From Klebsormidium nitens (lineage: Eukaryota; Plantae; Klebsormidiophyceae), in the NCBI GenBank assembly GCA_000708835.1, contig DF237567.1, positions 1 to 50,581 on the forward strand: 50,581 nt of DNA, written 5' to 3'. Each line of letters opens with the position of its first letter. Position 1 is the stretch's first letter. Under the pieces are notes generated by a model. That model did no database searches. It was not told the origin of the DNA and was given only the letters and a program-made list of their open reading frames with translations. Of the stretch, positions 1 through 10,632 are shown in pieces. Both the position numbers and the translations under genes were made by a program.

Positions 1-235
1 CTGAAGCAGCGACACTGGCGGCCCTATCAGCTCCAACACTGGTTTTGAGCGGCAAAAAAAGTCCAAAAAGTACGCTTTAGCAGGAAAGACGCCGTTGCCA
101 TTGCTGGCCGGGCATATGATGTAACTTGCGCATTGAGCTTGCAAAGAATGCAGGGAGCTGGATTCACACAGGAGAGTAGCAAAGAAGTAGCAGAGAAGCA
201 AACCCTCAACAGAAACTCCTTGTATTACAGGTACG

Positions 236-250
236 AAACCCTAACCCTAA
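236..250 (+). promoter_or_regulatory. Telo-box-like motif (AAACCCTAACCCTAA) upstream of the AIRP2-like gene
   Basis: aaaccctaaccctaa at 236-250 matches the plant telo-box AAACCCTAA, a promoter element bound by TRB/Pur-alpha-type factors. The motif is short, so chance occurrence is possible. Confidence 0.35.
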
Positions 251-265
251 GGGCCATGCTTCTAC

Positions 266-306
266 CACGTGGCTCAAGAAAGATATGCACGCGAGGCTGA
301 CGTGGA
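266..306 (+). promoter_or_regulatory. G-box/ABRE-like cluster
   Basis: CACGTGGC at 266-273, CACGCG (coupling-element-like) at 288-293 and TGACGTGG at 298-305, about 700 bp upstream of the AIRP2-like ATG. Confidence 0.35.
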
Positions 307-979
307 GGGGGCCTTTTCTAGGGTTCGCTGCACGCTGGAAAGCTCCAGAAGAAGAGGTGAACTACCGTATACCTCCGACGTCTTGCTGAGCAGCAGAGCT
401 TTGAAGCCCTGAACATTTCCCTTCCGCAGCGCCCTATAAGGGCGCAAGCTGCCACCTCCCGTGTGTCATCTGCGGGCGGCAAAAGCACAAGCTGGCGGAG
501 TAGGAGGAAGTTCTCAGGGCTCAATGGTGCAGCAACGTCTTGAAAGAAAGTTGTTGAGGACAATGGACGCGCAGTGTCCTGTTTGGTGCTTTGCGCCTGT
601 CTGGTGCTCTGACACTGCAGTGCAGAGTCAGGTTCGGTGACACATTCCTATGTGGGGGCACTGAGTCGCAGTGGCCGGTTCCTAGCTGGTCCAAATGTTT
701 TTGCTGTAGCTTTTAACGAGTGAGGGTGATTTGTAAGCCCTTTCGCAAGTCACATGCAGCAAGAGTGTAGCGGAAATAACCCCTTACAGTTGTAGAATTC
801 TCACATTTCCCCGCAACTTACTGTTTGGAAGAACATCTGCCAAGCTGGACGGCTTCGCAGGGCAGGAGGCGTGGTCCTGCCTCTGGGGGGGTGCCTGGGA
901 GCCCATCGAGAAGCAGCAGGACCACCCCCCTGAAGCGAGCATTTTTGAGGGCACAGGGGGTCTCTTAAGCTGCTTCGGC

Positions 980-3900
980 ATGGGCCACAGCAGGACATTT
1001 AAGGAGTCCCTGAAAGCACTTGAGGCAGACATTCAACACGCAAACACGCTGTAAGTTTGTGAATTCCTTTCAAGAGCTTTTGTTGAGTCAGGTGTCATTA
1101 AGTTTGTTGGTTCTAGAGTTTCCCAGAAATTGTCGAAAGTTGCTAGGCACACTTCCTTTGATAAAAATATTGTTTAGGACATATTTTGCGTAACTACTTC
1201 TCAGACTCTTGCAAGTGGACTCGTTTCGGTTCTTGCGGGCTGCATTGTATGGAACACAACCTCTACTCTGTTTCTAGATGGGCTTCTAGTGAGTGCAAAT
1301 TCTCAGTGGCTTCCTAGTCTGCAAAAATCAGGGTGGCTTGCTTTGAAGTATCAGCCTGCATATGCATTGCGAAGGCAATATACACAGGCTCAGCTGCCTG
1401 AGTTTACAGCACTGGACCAAGAGTCTATCTCGCATGTTGGAAAGTTTCGAGTAGTGTAGGAGAAGTAAAATTTCTGAAACAGATGTTTTGTTCTGCCTCA
1501 GTCTGAAACACGACCCGCACACTTGCGAGCTCCAGCCGTTTACACAGGGGTTCTCACTTCAGTAGACATTTACCAAGTTTACTTCTCCTTGCTTTTTGGA
1601 ATTGGAATGAATAGAAGCGGTCTTATTTGAGGGCGGTTGAGTTGTTCCGAAAGCTTGTACTTCTTGATGGCATTTCCTGGTAGTCACTCCTATTGTACTC
1701 CCAAGTTCGTGACAACATGACTTTAAATTCGGGTACTGCCCCAACCTTTGTGGCAATGAGAACCGCTGGCTGTTGTGCAAGCGAAACCGTAAAACTATAT
1801 AAGTCATTCAGAGGCAGCTTTAGGATGACTGCACCGGTGCAACTTACTGCCTTACAGAAGCATTGTTTCTATTGTGTCTACATTGGAAAAGACGGGCAAT
1901 TTTCAGAGGGGTGTTTGGCCTGCTTGTGCCCTCAATGTTTGGCTTGTTAGAAGCATACAATGCTGGCTTGCCTGGAGAGCCTGACTGCCACCATTGTGGT
2001 CATCACCAGTAGACCTCATCGTACCATGCTTAATCGCAAAGCTCTGATTGGGGATATTGCTAAAATATGCCAAGTAGAAATGAAGTAGCTATTAATATTC
2101 TTTTTCTCCTGACACAGAAGAATAGAAAGGTGGTGTGAAGTGAGGTTTTATACGGCCCCTAGCGTTCGCGCTCGCCAACGTTGGGGCAGAATATCACAAG
2201 CTCTCATCAACGTTTTGTCAATGTTTCGCGCGACCACCGTCGACACTATTTCTCATGCCCCTATTCTGCAAAGGCTGGGGTCTGCAGCAATGCTTTTACA
2301 AGGAGTTCAATGATATAGTTCAAGCTTGGAAATTGCGCACAGTCTTGCGTCATGTGTGCACACCAACAAACTAGTGTAGAGTCTCGACTGGTCGTCTTAC
2401 TGGGAAGTCTTTTTGTGTCAATCGTTGAATTGGAGGGGGTCTTTGACTGCCTTTAAGGCTTGGCGTCTGTGGTAGGGGCAACTCAATCTGATGTTGGTTG
2501 GGGTATGATGATTCAACTGGAACCAGAGGCCCCAGCAGGCCAGTCACTTTCGATTCTAAGCTCTGTAAAGAAATGTCTGCTTTACTAATTTCGTGGCGCC
2601 CCCGCATATCCGTCCAAACGCTGTTGTTTAGTCCAGGTTTTTCCTGATTGCTGATTCTAGAGCCAGGGGGCTCAAGCGTAAATTTTGCTGACTGACTTCA
2701 TGACTTGCTAAGTTTGGCTCTATTTGAGCATGACATCTTGGACTAGAAGCAGTCACTATAAGAGTGGCTGGTTCATGGAGAAGAGAGCACAGAAACTCCG
2801 AGCATGGGATACAGCTGAGGGGTCAGTGCTCTCATGTATGTTACATGTAGCAGCCCAGCATTTGCTAAAACCACTAGATGATAAGACCACTGAATCTGGC
2901 AAATTCAGTACATAATGTTTTTCACCTTGCTTTTGCAAGACGAAGAGTTCATCACTATCAAAAGAATGATGTGGTAAGTATGTGGAGGAGCAGGGTCTGT
3001 TAAGTCAATTCTTTTATGTCTTTCTTCAAAGAAGGAGTCGGTATCAATGAATCGGTAGCCGTGAGACGCACTGGGTTCACTTTGTTAAGATTTTGACTTC
3101 TTCCCCCCCTGCAGCGCTGCCGAGTTCCCCAAGGGCTACGACGGCGCGTGCCTCCAGATGCGGCTCTCGTACAGTGCGGCGGCCCCCCTGCTGCTCTTCC
3201 TCTTCAGCTGGACCGACTGCTCTTTCGCCGGCGCGCTCGGCCTCCTGCGAATCCTCATATACAAGGTCAGCACTTTTGTGTCGCTTCTAGTTGCTTCCCT
3301 TTTTTGCTCTTACCTCTGTGCGCGCGCGGCCTCCTCTGCGAAATTTCGTATACAAGGTCAGCAATTTTGTGTTGCTTCTAGTTGCTTCCTCTTGCTGCGC
3401 TCACCTCTGTATATCCGTTTTGCCCGGTTGTCTTCGCTTCATCTACATGCGCTTCTGGTTTTTAACGTCTCAATTTTTCGACCTCCGCCCCATTTCTGAC
3501 TTACAAGACAGCAGCTTTTGTAGACCGTAGGTTTGTTGCTCGAATTTTGGTTCCTCTCCTTCGATCTGTTGACCGTTTCATCACTAAACGCGGCCACTCT
3601 TTTCAAGATCATCGTTCCTTTTGCTTGCATTCTTGTCCCTCACGTGTCAGGCAATAGTATCGGAATGGCACGCGACGTTTGAAGGCTTTGGCGTCCATCA
3701 ATTTGAGCTGAACCAGTTGCTTTGCAGGTCTACATGGACGGCACTACAACCATGGCAGTGCACGAACGGAAAGCCAGCATCAACCAGTTCTACCGTAAGT
3801 CTCCCGATTCGTTGAGTCGTTTTCTTTTTTCCCTTTCTTGGTCGTATCCACGAACGTCAACAACCTCGAGTCGTTTCCTGCTTTTCGATCTTAGGTCGTC

Positions 3901-6900
3901 ACCGTTGCGAATGCTTTGTTTCGAAACCAGTCATGTGCACTAATTCGAAGAGATCGACCCCGTCTTTTCTCTCTTCTCGATCAGGTCTGCAAAGCAGGAT
4001 AAGATGTTACTTTCCGCTCTGCCTCTGGGACAAACCAACCAGTTCTTTCAGCAGTGTTTGTCGAGCGGCTTTTCTGATTGCGAACTTTTTCACCGCTATT
4101 ACGAGACCAGCTATCTGCTGAACCAGCTAATAACTTCCAAATTTCGATCCGGGGTTAGACAAGGATCATTTCGATTCCGCCATGCCGTTCGGAGGGTCCT
4201 TTATTCCCTTCGCTTCCAACTTCCGTTTCCGCTTGGCTAATCCCGTTCTTATTCCGCTCTGTCCGTCGCGCGCTTTCTCTACCACGCGCTCCAGCAGCTC
4301 TCTGGTGGCCTCGCAAAGTCTGACTTCGGGCACTTTGTTTCCAGATTCCGTTTTCGCTTGGCAAATCCTGTCCTGATTGCGCCCCTAATCCGCTCTTCCG
4401 CTTACAGGTTTCCTCTACCCCGCACTCCAGCAGCTCTCCAGCGGCCTCTCCGAGTACGAGCTCGCGTGCGCGCGCGCGGTGTGTGCGGAGCAGTACAGCG
4501 CACGCACGTCCGACGGCGCCAGCACGAGCGGGATGCTGATGTCAGCGGCGGACATCGAGTACGAGCAGGAGTGCGGCATATGCCTCGAGCCCAGCTCCAA
4601 GGTGGCGCTCCCAGGGTGCAACCACGCCATGTGCCTCGACTGCTACCGCGACTGGTGAGGGGCCTTTGGACGACACGTGGCAGCGATGAAGAATGACGTG
4701 GCGTTTCTTCTTTAACTTGTGTGAGAGTGCGCTTGCAATTACGCCACGGGCTTCGACTCTGCAACTGGCGAGGACCCTCTGTGACCATTTTCCACTGCAT
4801 CTGGGTCTGCAAAGCCAGACCTCAAATCCACCTTCTTGTTTATTACTCAACCTGCTTCTGGACCTGTTGAGGGTTTCTGGTGTTGAGGGCATTCTCTGCA
4901 CGACATGTCGTGGTTGTTAACGGTGCGACATGAGCCTACAAGCTCATTACTCATCTTGAGGTAGACATTTGTTTACAAGAATGCATTGGAAGTCAATTGC
5001 ACGACGTATGTGGCTCGCTCATCGCGACCATGTCGTTTCCTGAAGGAAAACGTGTGGCATATCTATTTCATAGGTGCCACGATGGCACTGGAGTTTGTGT
5101 GGAGTCACAGGTTTTGGCCGGGCAGTATTGTAGTAGCCCTTGGTCTGCTGCTGATTCTGCAATCTAATCTTTCTAGACATATCCACCTTCTCTGTCTGCG
5201 GATTTTGCCCTCAATGTCTGCTTAGCCCAGAGCCCATCGCTTCTTGCTAGCTCTAGCCTCCGCTCGCAATCTAGCACGAGAGCTTAATTCAGAGTTGCGT
5301 AGCTTGCAAACTTCCACTGTGCTACCTTTGTGGCGTGAACGGGCTGGCAAAGATGCGAGAAAACACGATGGGTTGCATCAAAGTGCGGATGGGCCACTGA
5401 GAGAGCCTGATGCTAGCACGTTCGGCTGAACTTTTTTGGATGCGTTTCACAGACTGATTCATTGCCTCTGGCTGAGTGGCTTTGCTTATGCTGTGTATGC
5501 GGGTTAACCCCTGGCGGGCTCCGCCGTCATAGAGTGCAAGCTTCTGGATTACATTCTGACCCACTGCTTTTCGTGCTTCAAGTCCTTGTTTCGATTTATC
5601 TGAAGCACGTGTCTACTGCTTAGCTGCACTGTTTCCAGCAGAGTCCTTCTCTGCGACTTGCAGTCAGGACTACGGAGCATTCAAAACCGCTGTGTTCAAC
5701 GCCTTTGTATACGAGGCAACGATGGACAACCTGTATCGTACCGCGCCGCTGATTGATTTGCAGGTTTCAACATGCTGCTAGACCCCAAAAGCTCGAGTTA
5801 TAAACGTGGGAAGCTTTATCCATTTCACTTGCCGAATGTTGCGCGCGAAATCCGTTTTGGCAATCGATGTTCAAGAATTGGCCTTTGCCTGACGGGGATT
5901 CCCTGGTGACTAAACCATGTTTTGCCATAAGATTCAACCCTTGCTTGTCTTTCTGCTTCTACTCTCCTGCAAGGGTCCGGGCTTCAGAAATGTATGAGTT
6001 CAGCGGTTTCCGGATTCAAGATTGGGTTATCGTGCTTTTGGGCGGTGACGAGCAACGCTGCTGTGGCTGGATTAGTCATCAGAGACGGATGAGTCAGCCA
6101 CTTTCCGAACACGTTCGCGGAAGCCGAGAAGTTGCCTTTATTTTAAGGTGACGTGTTTCGTCACTCTGGCGCTGCCGGTACTTCGGTTGTGTCGGTGTGT
6201 CAGACCTGCTTTAATTGAGTTACTGCAACGACTCGTGCTGACTTGCGACCCCACCCGCTCGAGGCCCCCTTCTTTCAGGGAGCGACTGCCTTTTTCTGTT
6301 GAAAGTCAAAGGATCTCTCGTTGTACGAGCTAAGACTTTCGTTTCGTTCTTGTTTACCGGTGGGTGGCAACTCTGGCTCGATTCAACATTGGTAGCACCA
6401 CGGGCCGACCGTGGCAATGGGCGTTTCAGGGGTCTAGGCTCACCTGCAGTCTTTTCGGCAAATTGGCATCTGAATACAGCATAAGTTTTTCCAAGATTGC
6501 TTCCTCTTATATGGTCAGAGTCCGCAAGTTCGAGCTATCTCGTTGATTGTTTGCATCTTCCGCGGCTCGGACAAAGGTCACTTCGTTTGCGACTGCAGAT
6601 CTGTTCCAGCTCACGATTCGTGGGCACCCTGCACAGTGTGCCAAGCTTGCTGCGGAACGTTTTGATTGGTTTGCAATTTCGGTCACCATTCGCTTGACCT
6701 GCTGGGACGGCGGATTGTAACAGCGTTTGGGTCCGGCAATGATAAAAGCTGGTGTTGGGCTATTGCGAGTAACAAGCAGCCCACAAAGCGAGCGGTTGAT
6801 TGAAGCCGGCAGGCTCTTGGAAAACCTAAAAAGAGAAAGCTCTGTGCTCAACTTTCAGATGTTCTGATTCCTCTTCAGCCTGGAAACTGCACTTGCCCAA

Positions 6901-8507
6901 CCGAAAGTTTGTCTCGTGCGTCCGCTGCACTCGGACTACGGTTGGAATCAAGCTTAAGCTGTTGTGTTTGGGCCTGAAGCGGGGCGTTTCTGAGTGCGCG
7001 GACGGTCTTGACACCAATTCAAATGCTGTTGCGGCCAATTCCGGCGACGAATGCTGCATTCAAGAATGTTCTTGAGGGAAGGGGGGAATCTCCAGTGAGC
7101 AGAGAATGTACCTATGATTAGTCAGAGGTTGAGAAAGGCGGCAGTCTTTTGTCGAGTTGCTGCACAGAGCGGAAAAGTTCCTCCTTGTGCAGATGGGTGA
7201 CGCGACAATCTCAGGATTGTGCGTCACACGTCTGACATGTGAGGCTCTCAAAGACTGATGCTTGCGAACTAAAAACCGTTTCTTTTCTTGAGTGCTTCCG
7301 CTTGAGCGGCAGTGATGGGCGTTCGGTCATAAGATTCTTGCTCCGTTCAGACCATCCTGTCTAGATCAGCTCCTTGAAGCCAACTCGTCCTTGTTCCAGG
7401 TTTCTGGAGGATTCACGTGGTGTTGAATCTTGGTTTTACGCTTTTCAATGTCGCACGCTCACACTGTCAACGGCCTTCTTCAAGCGAAGCGCCACAAAGG
7501 CCTCTGTGTGTTTGAGGATGCTCCTTAGCGGTAGAAGGTTAAGTAAGAACCAATCAATCTAGAAATTTTTTTGTGACTGTCCAAGCAGTGACTGTTGTTT
7601 TGTGGCACTGCGTACTGCCATGCTAAAAAGGCTTGAAGATACGACCTTTAGTTGTTCGAAGGCTGGTTTGAGTCTGGCAATGATCTGCCAAGAAGTACTC
7701 GGAGGACGTAGACCGAGAAGGGCTACGACGCGGTGACGCTCGTGGGGCCGCCTTTTAACTCGTCAATTGCTTTTGTGTGGGATCGCTGTAGATTGAGATC
7801 CACTTGGGGCGCTGACACCTTTCTTTTAACAGTCTCCACTTTCGCTGCGAAGAAGGATCACGTTATCTGTTTTTTGAGGGGGGCCATATACGCCACTCAC
7901 GGCTCTCGGTTCCGATGCGTCTCCAATGGCGTCACCCCTTTCTCCAAACCCCTGTATGCACGGCCGCTTTCTGTGTACCTTCATCACCTCGATGTAGCAT
8001 ACCTGAAGTCAACATCAACTGTTTCCCCCAGGCCTTTGTTGTTGCAGCCACTGACGCTTCCCCTTATAGCGTGTCTGCTTGCAACGACTTGAAGCTGGAA
8101 CTGATGGGTTACCTGGCGTTGGTTACGCCTTCTTAACTTAGGGAAGTCGGCGAGCTTTTGGCCTCATTGCTTATTGGGATTCACAGCCAGGGCAGCCTGC
8201 AAACGGGACACTTGCGGATGAGTCCTTCTCATAGGCACGGGAACCGAGAAGAAGTATCAAAATGTTGCCCTAACCAAGTTTGAATACTTCCCGCAGGCAC
8301 AGCCGCTCCCAGTCATGCCCCTTTTGCCGCGACAGCCTGAAGCGGGTGCGTTCGCGCGACTTGTGGGTCTTCACGGACGAGGAAGATTTGGTGGATATGG
8401 GCACCGTCGCAAAAGAAAACCTCGAGCGCTTCCTGTTGTACGTCAATAAGCTGCCGGTGCTTATCTCGGACAGCGTGTTTACGGTCTATGAAGACCATGT
8501 AAAATAG
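980..8507 (+). CDS. AIRP2: AIRP2-like C3HC4 RING E3 ubiquitin ligase (about 248 aa, 5 coding exons)
   Basis: join(980-1050,3115-3265,3728-3794,4408-4654,8297-8507), all GT-AG with consistent phases. Translation MGHSRTFKESLKALEADIQHANTL|AAEFPKGYDGACLQMRLSYS...GALGLLRILIYK|VYMDGTTTMAVHERKASINQFY|RFLYPALQQL...ECGICLEPSSKVALPGCNHAMCLDCYRDW|HSRSQSCPFCRDSLKRV...HVK* matches the plant AIRP2 family and contains a full C3HC4 RING. The start codon is uncertain because the frame is open upstream to 737. Confidence 0.93.
3237..3525 (+). repeat. Tandem duplication of the AIRP2 exon-2 3' end plus splice donor (period about 91 bp, with an older third copy)
   Basis: Real junction ggcctcctgcgaatcctcatatacaag|gtcagcacttttgtgtcgcttctagttgcttcc (GT at 3266). 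Copy ggcctcctctgcgaaatttcgtatacaag|gtcagcaattttgtgttgcttctagttgcttcc (GT at 3357). Decayed copy ttacaagacagcagcttttgt at about 3501-3521. Confidence 0.85.
4221..4455 (+). repeat. Decayed duplication of AIRP2 intron-3 3' end plus exon-4 start
   Basis: ttccgtttccgcttggctaatcccgttctt...ttctctaccacgcgctccagcagctctctggtggcctc (about 4221-4312) aligns with ttccgttttcgcttggcaaatcctgtcctg...ttcctctaccccgcactccagcagctctccagcggcctc (about 4346-4449). The upstream copy has lost the acceptor AG. Confidence 0.8.
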
Positions 8508-9564
8508 GCCCTTTTCGGGCTCGGAAAACGGAGTGGGTATCGCGAGTTTGGGCTTGGTAAAAGTTGAGTGGGGTATATACGAGAAGGGGTTGCCAAAGGC
8601 GGCCCTGACAACCTGCAGCTGTAAATAAACCTGGCAAAGTAGAATGATGTCGCCGGTGCCTGAGGGTATACCGAGCGCACGGCGTGCGCGTCAAAAGCTG
8701 GCGGAAATACTAGGTAAATAAGCGAGCAGGCTCAGAGAACTCTAGCTACTTCCAAACATAACTTGACGTAGTCTCAGGCAATGTATCCTGTACGAGTTAG
8801 GTATTCTGTGCATTTACACTCGAACCAATAGGTTCTCGGTCCCGGCGAGTTTGTGCACTGTTAGAGGTTTGCCCAAGTTGCAGCCTTTCATGCAATTAAA
8901 TCTCGTTCGCCCGCGGTCAATAAAAGGTATCTGCAGGGCGCGGCCCGGCGGCCATGCCTGTGTAATAACAAATATTTCCAAGCTTCCTTACAACCTCGGA
9001 TCCTCAGTTTGTTTGTTTCTTCAATCGTTGAATGAAATTGCCCACTGTTCGCTTAAAAACTTTGTTGTCCATCATTATGCGTCCATGAAAACTTGGAAGC
9101 TATCTCACGTCACTGCCTGCAGTGTCCGACCGTAATGCCGGGCGGATATCTACTAGAGCTACCGTGAAGATATATCTTGCCACTCAATAACCCTCAATAC
9201 ATTGTGTGACACCTTGAATTGCGACTGAAGATGGTTTTATTCGACGTATGTATAGGGTCCAGAGGGCATGTGCCAGCTTGAATAAAGAAATGTGTAGCTT
9301 GTACATTTGTTGGCCGGATCGTTAATTCGTTGTCGGATCCCCAAACGATCCAGCGCGTTGACAGTTGAAGTCCCATAGCGAGGCATATTACGGTAGAAAG
9401 CGTCAATATATAGGTACATGGATTTCTATCCTATCAGTTTCAACTTATCTTTTAGATGTGATTCCTGAATGATTTTCTAGTCAATGAAGGATCGTATCGA
9501 GCTTTACACTTCAGTAGGTAGGTATCCCGGTATGATCGAGAAATATCACAAAGATCCCCGCCAG

Positions 9565-9590
9565 CAGTGCAGTGCAGTGCAGTGCAGTGC
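9565..9590. repeat. (CAGTG)5 pentanucleotide microsatellite
   Basis: cagtgcagtgcagtgcagtgcagtgc read directly. Confidence 0.9.
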
Positions 9591-10632
9591 TCATACCTTT
9601 TGTGAATGGCGGAGCTGGTTAGTATTGCTCGCCGGAGGCGGCCGGACCGTCACGCTGGCAGTGACGACAATGACCGTCTGGTAATTGGTCCATCAGGGTT
9701 CGACGATGTTTTATCTTCCGCCCGGCGGACGTGACCGGTACTGTTCGACGAAGGTCAGGGCTCCGAAGTCCAGAGTCCTGAGGCCAGCCCCGGGGCACGA
9801 TGGACGGCGACGCTCATAATAACCGTCGAGAGCGAACATTGGACCCACGAGGCAACAGTGACGGTGACTGGCGCCGTCGCTTTTGGGAATGACTCGTGTC
9901 GTAGCCCATGATGTGGCGCAGAGTGATGTCATCCCTTAGATGCATGATGCAGCTAGTGAGTCTTTGAAGTACCTAATAGAGGTAGTACTGAGTCCTGACT
10001 CCTGACTGACCTCTACCTCGGGTGAATGCCACGGCAGCCGCTGCTGGCGCTGCAGCTCAAATTATGATACACAGCGATACCGTATTATAATCTGCAGAGC
10101 TATTAATCAGTGCAAATCAGGAGCGCCTTGGGAAACTGCATCCTGAGGATCCTCCTAATTCGAGAGCAGAAATAGCACTGCCCTCAAACTGGCAAACGGT
10201 ATGCCAGCTGCAGCTAGACTTTTGCTTTCGACCAGACACCTTCTGGTAATTGGAGCAGGGCTTCCTGATGTACCGGTACTAAGGTAGCTGGCATGCTGCT
10301 TTTTCTGACCTAAAGGCTATTACAGGAACAGGTCTACCTTCCGAGGTATGCACCAATACCTACATGAGCGGACGATTTGCGCTGGGTCTCTCAGCACGGT
10401 GGCATGGGAATTTTGATTAAGGAGGAGTGCTGAGTCACCCTAAAGTAGCCAGGTCCAGGAGCATTGCAAGGGCGTTACGTATAACCAACACGCCACCACA
10501 CAGTCTGCATTTTTATTTGTGCTGCCAATAAACCTTGAGAAGAGCATCGACGGAAAGCTCGACCAGGCTTTCAGAAACGTGAGACAAATTCTTATAGCTT
10601 TTGTCCCTTCACGCAGGTCGTCCTAAACAGCA

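Noticed and set aside
318-563. Minus-strand 81-aa ORF and neighbouring short ORFs at the left edge
   Set aside because: Non-ATG start, no recognisable motifs and no splice-consistent continuation. A divergent gene starting near the left edge cannot be excluded.
6507-6851. 114-aa antisense ORF (and others) within the long AIRP2 intron, a possible nested gene
   Set aside because: No recognisable protein motif, no coding-type codon bias like the real exons, and no splice-consistent partners.
9126-9156. Small hairpin followed by CTAG (possible Helitron 3' end)
   Set aside because: The hairpin is imperfect, CTAG is followed by A rather than T, and no 5' TC end or Rep/helicase sequence is visible.
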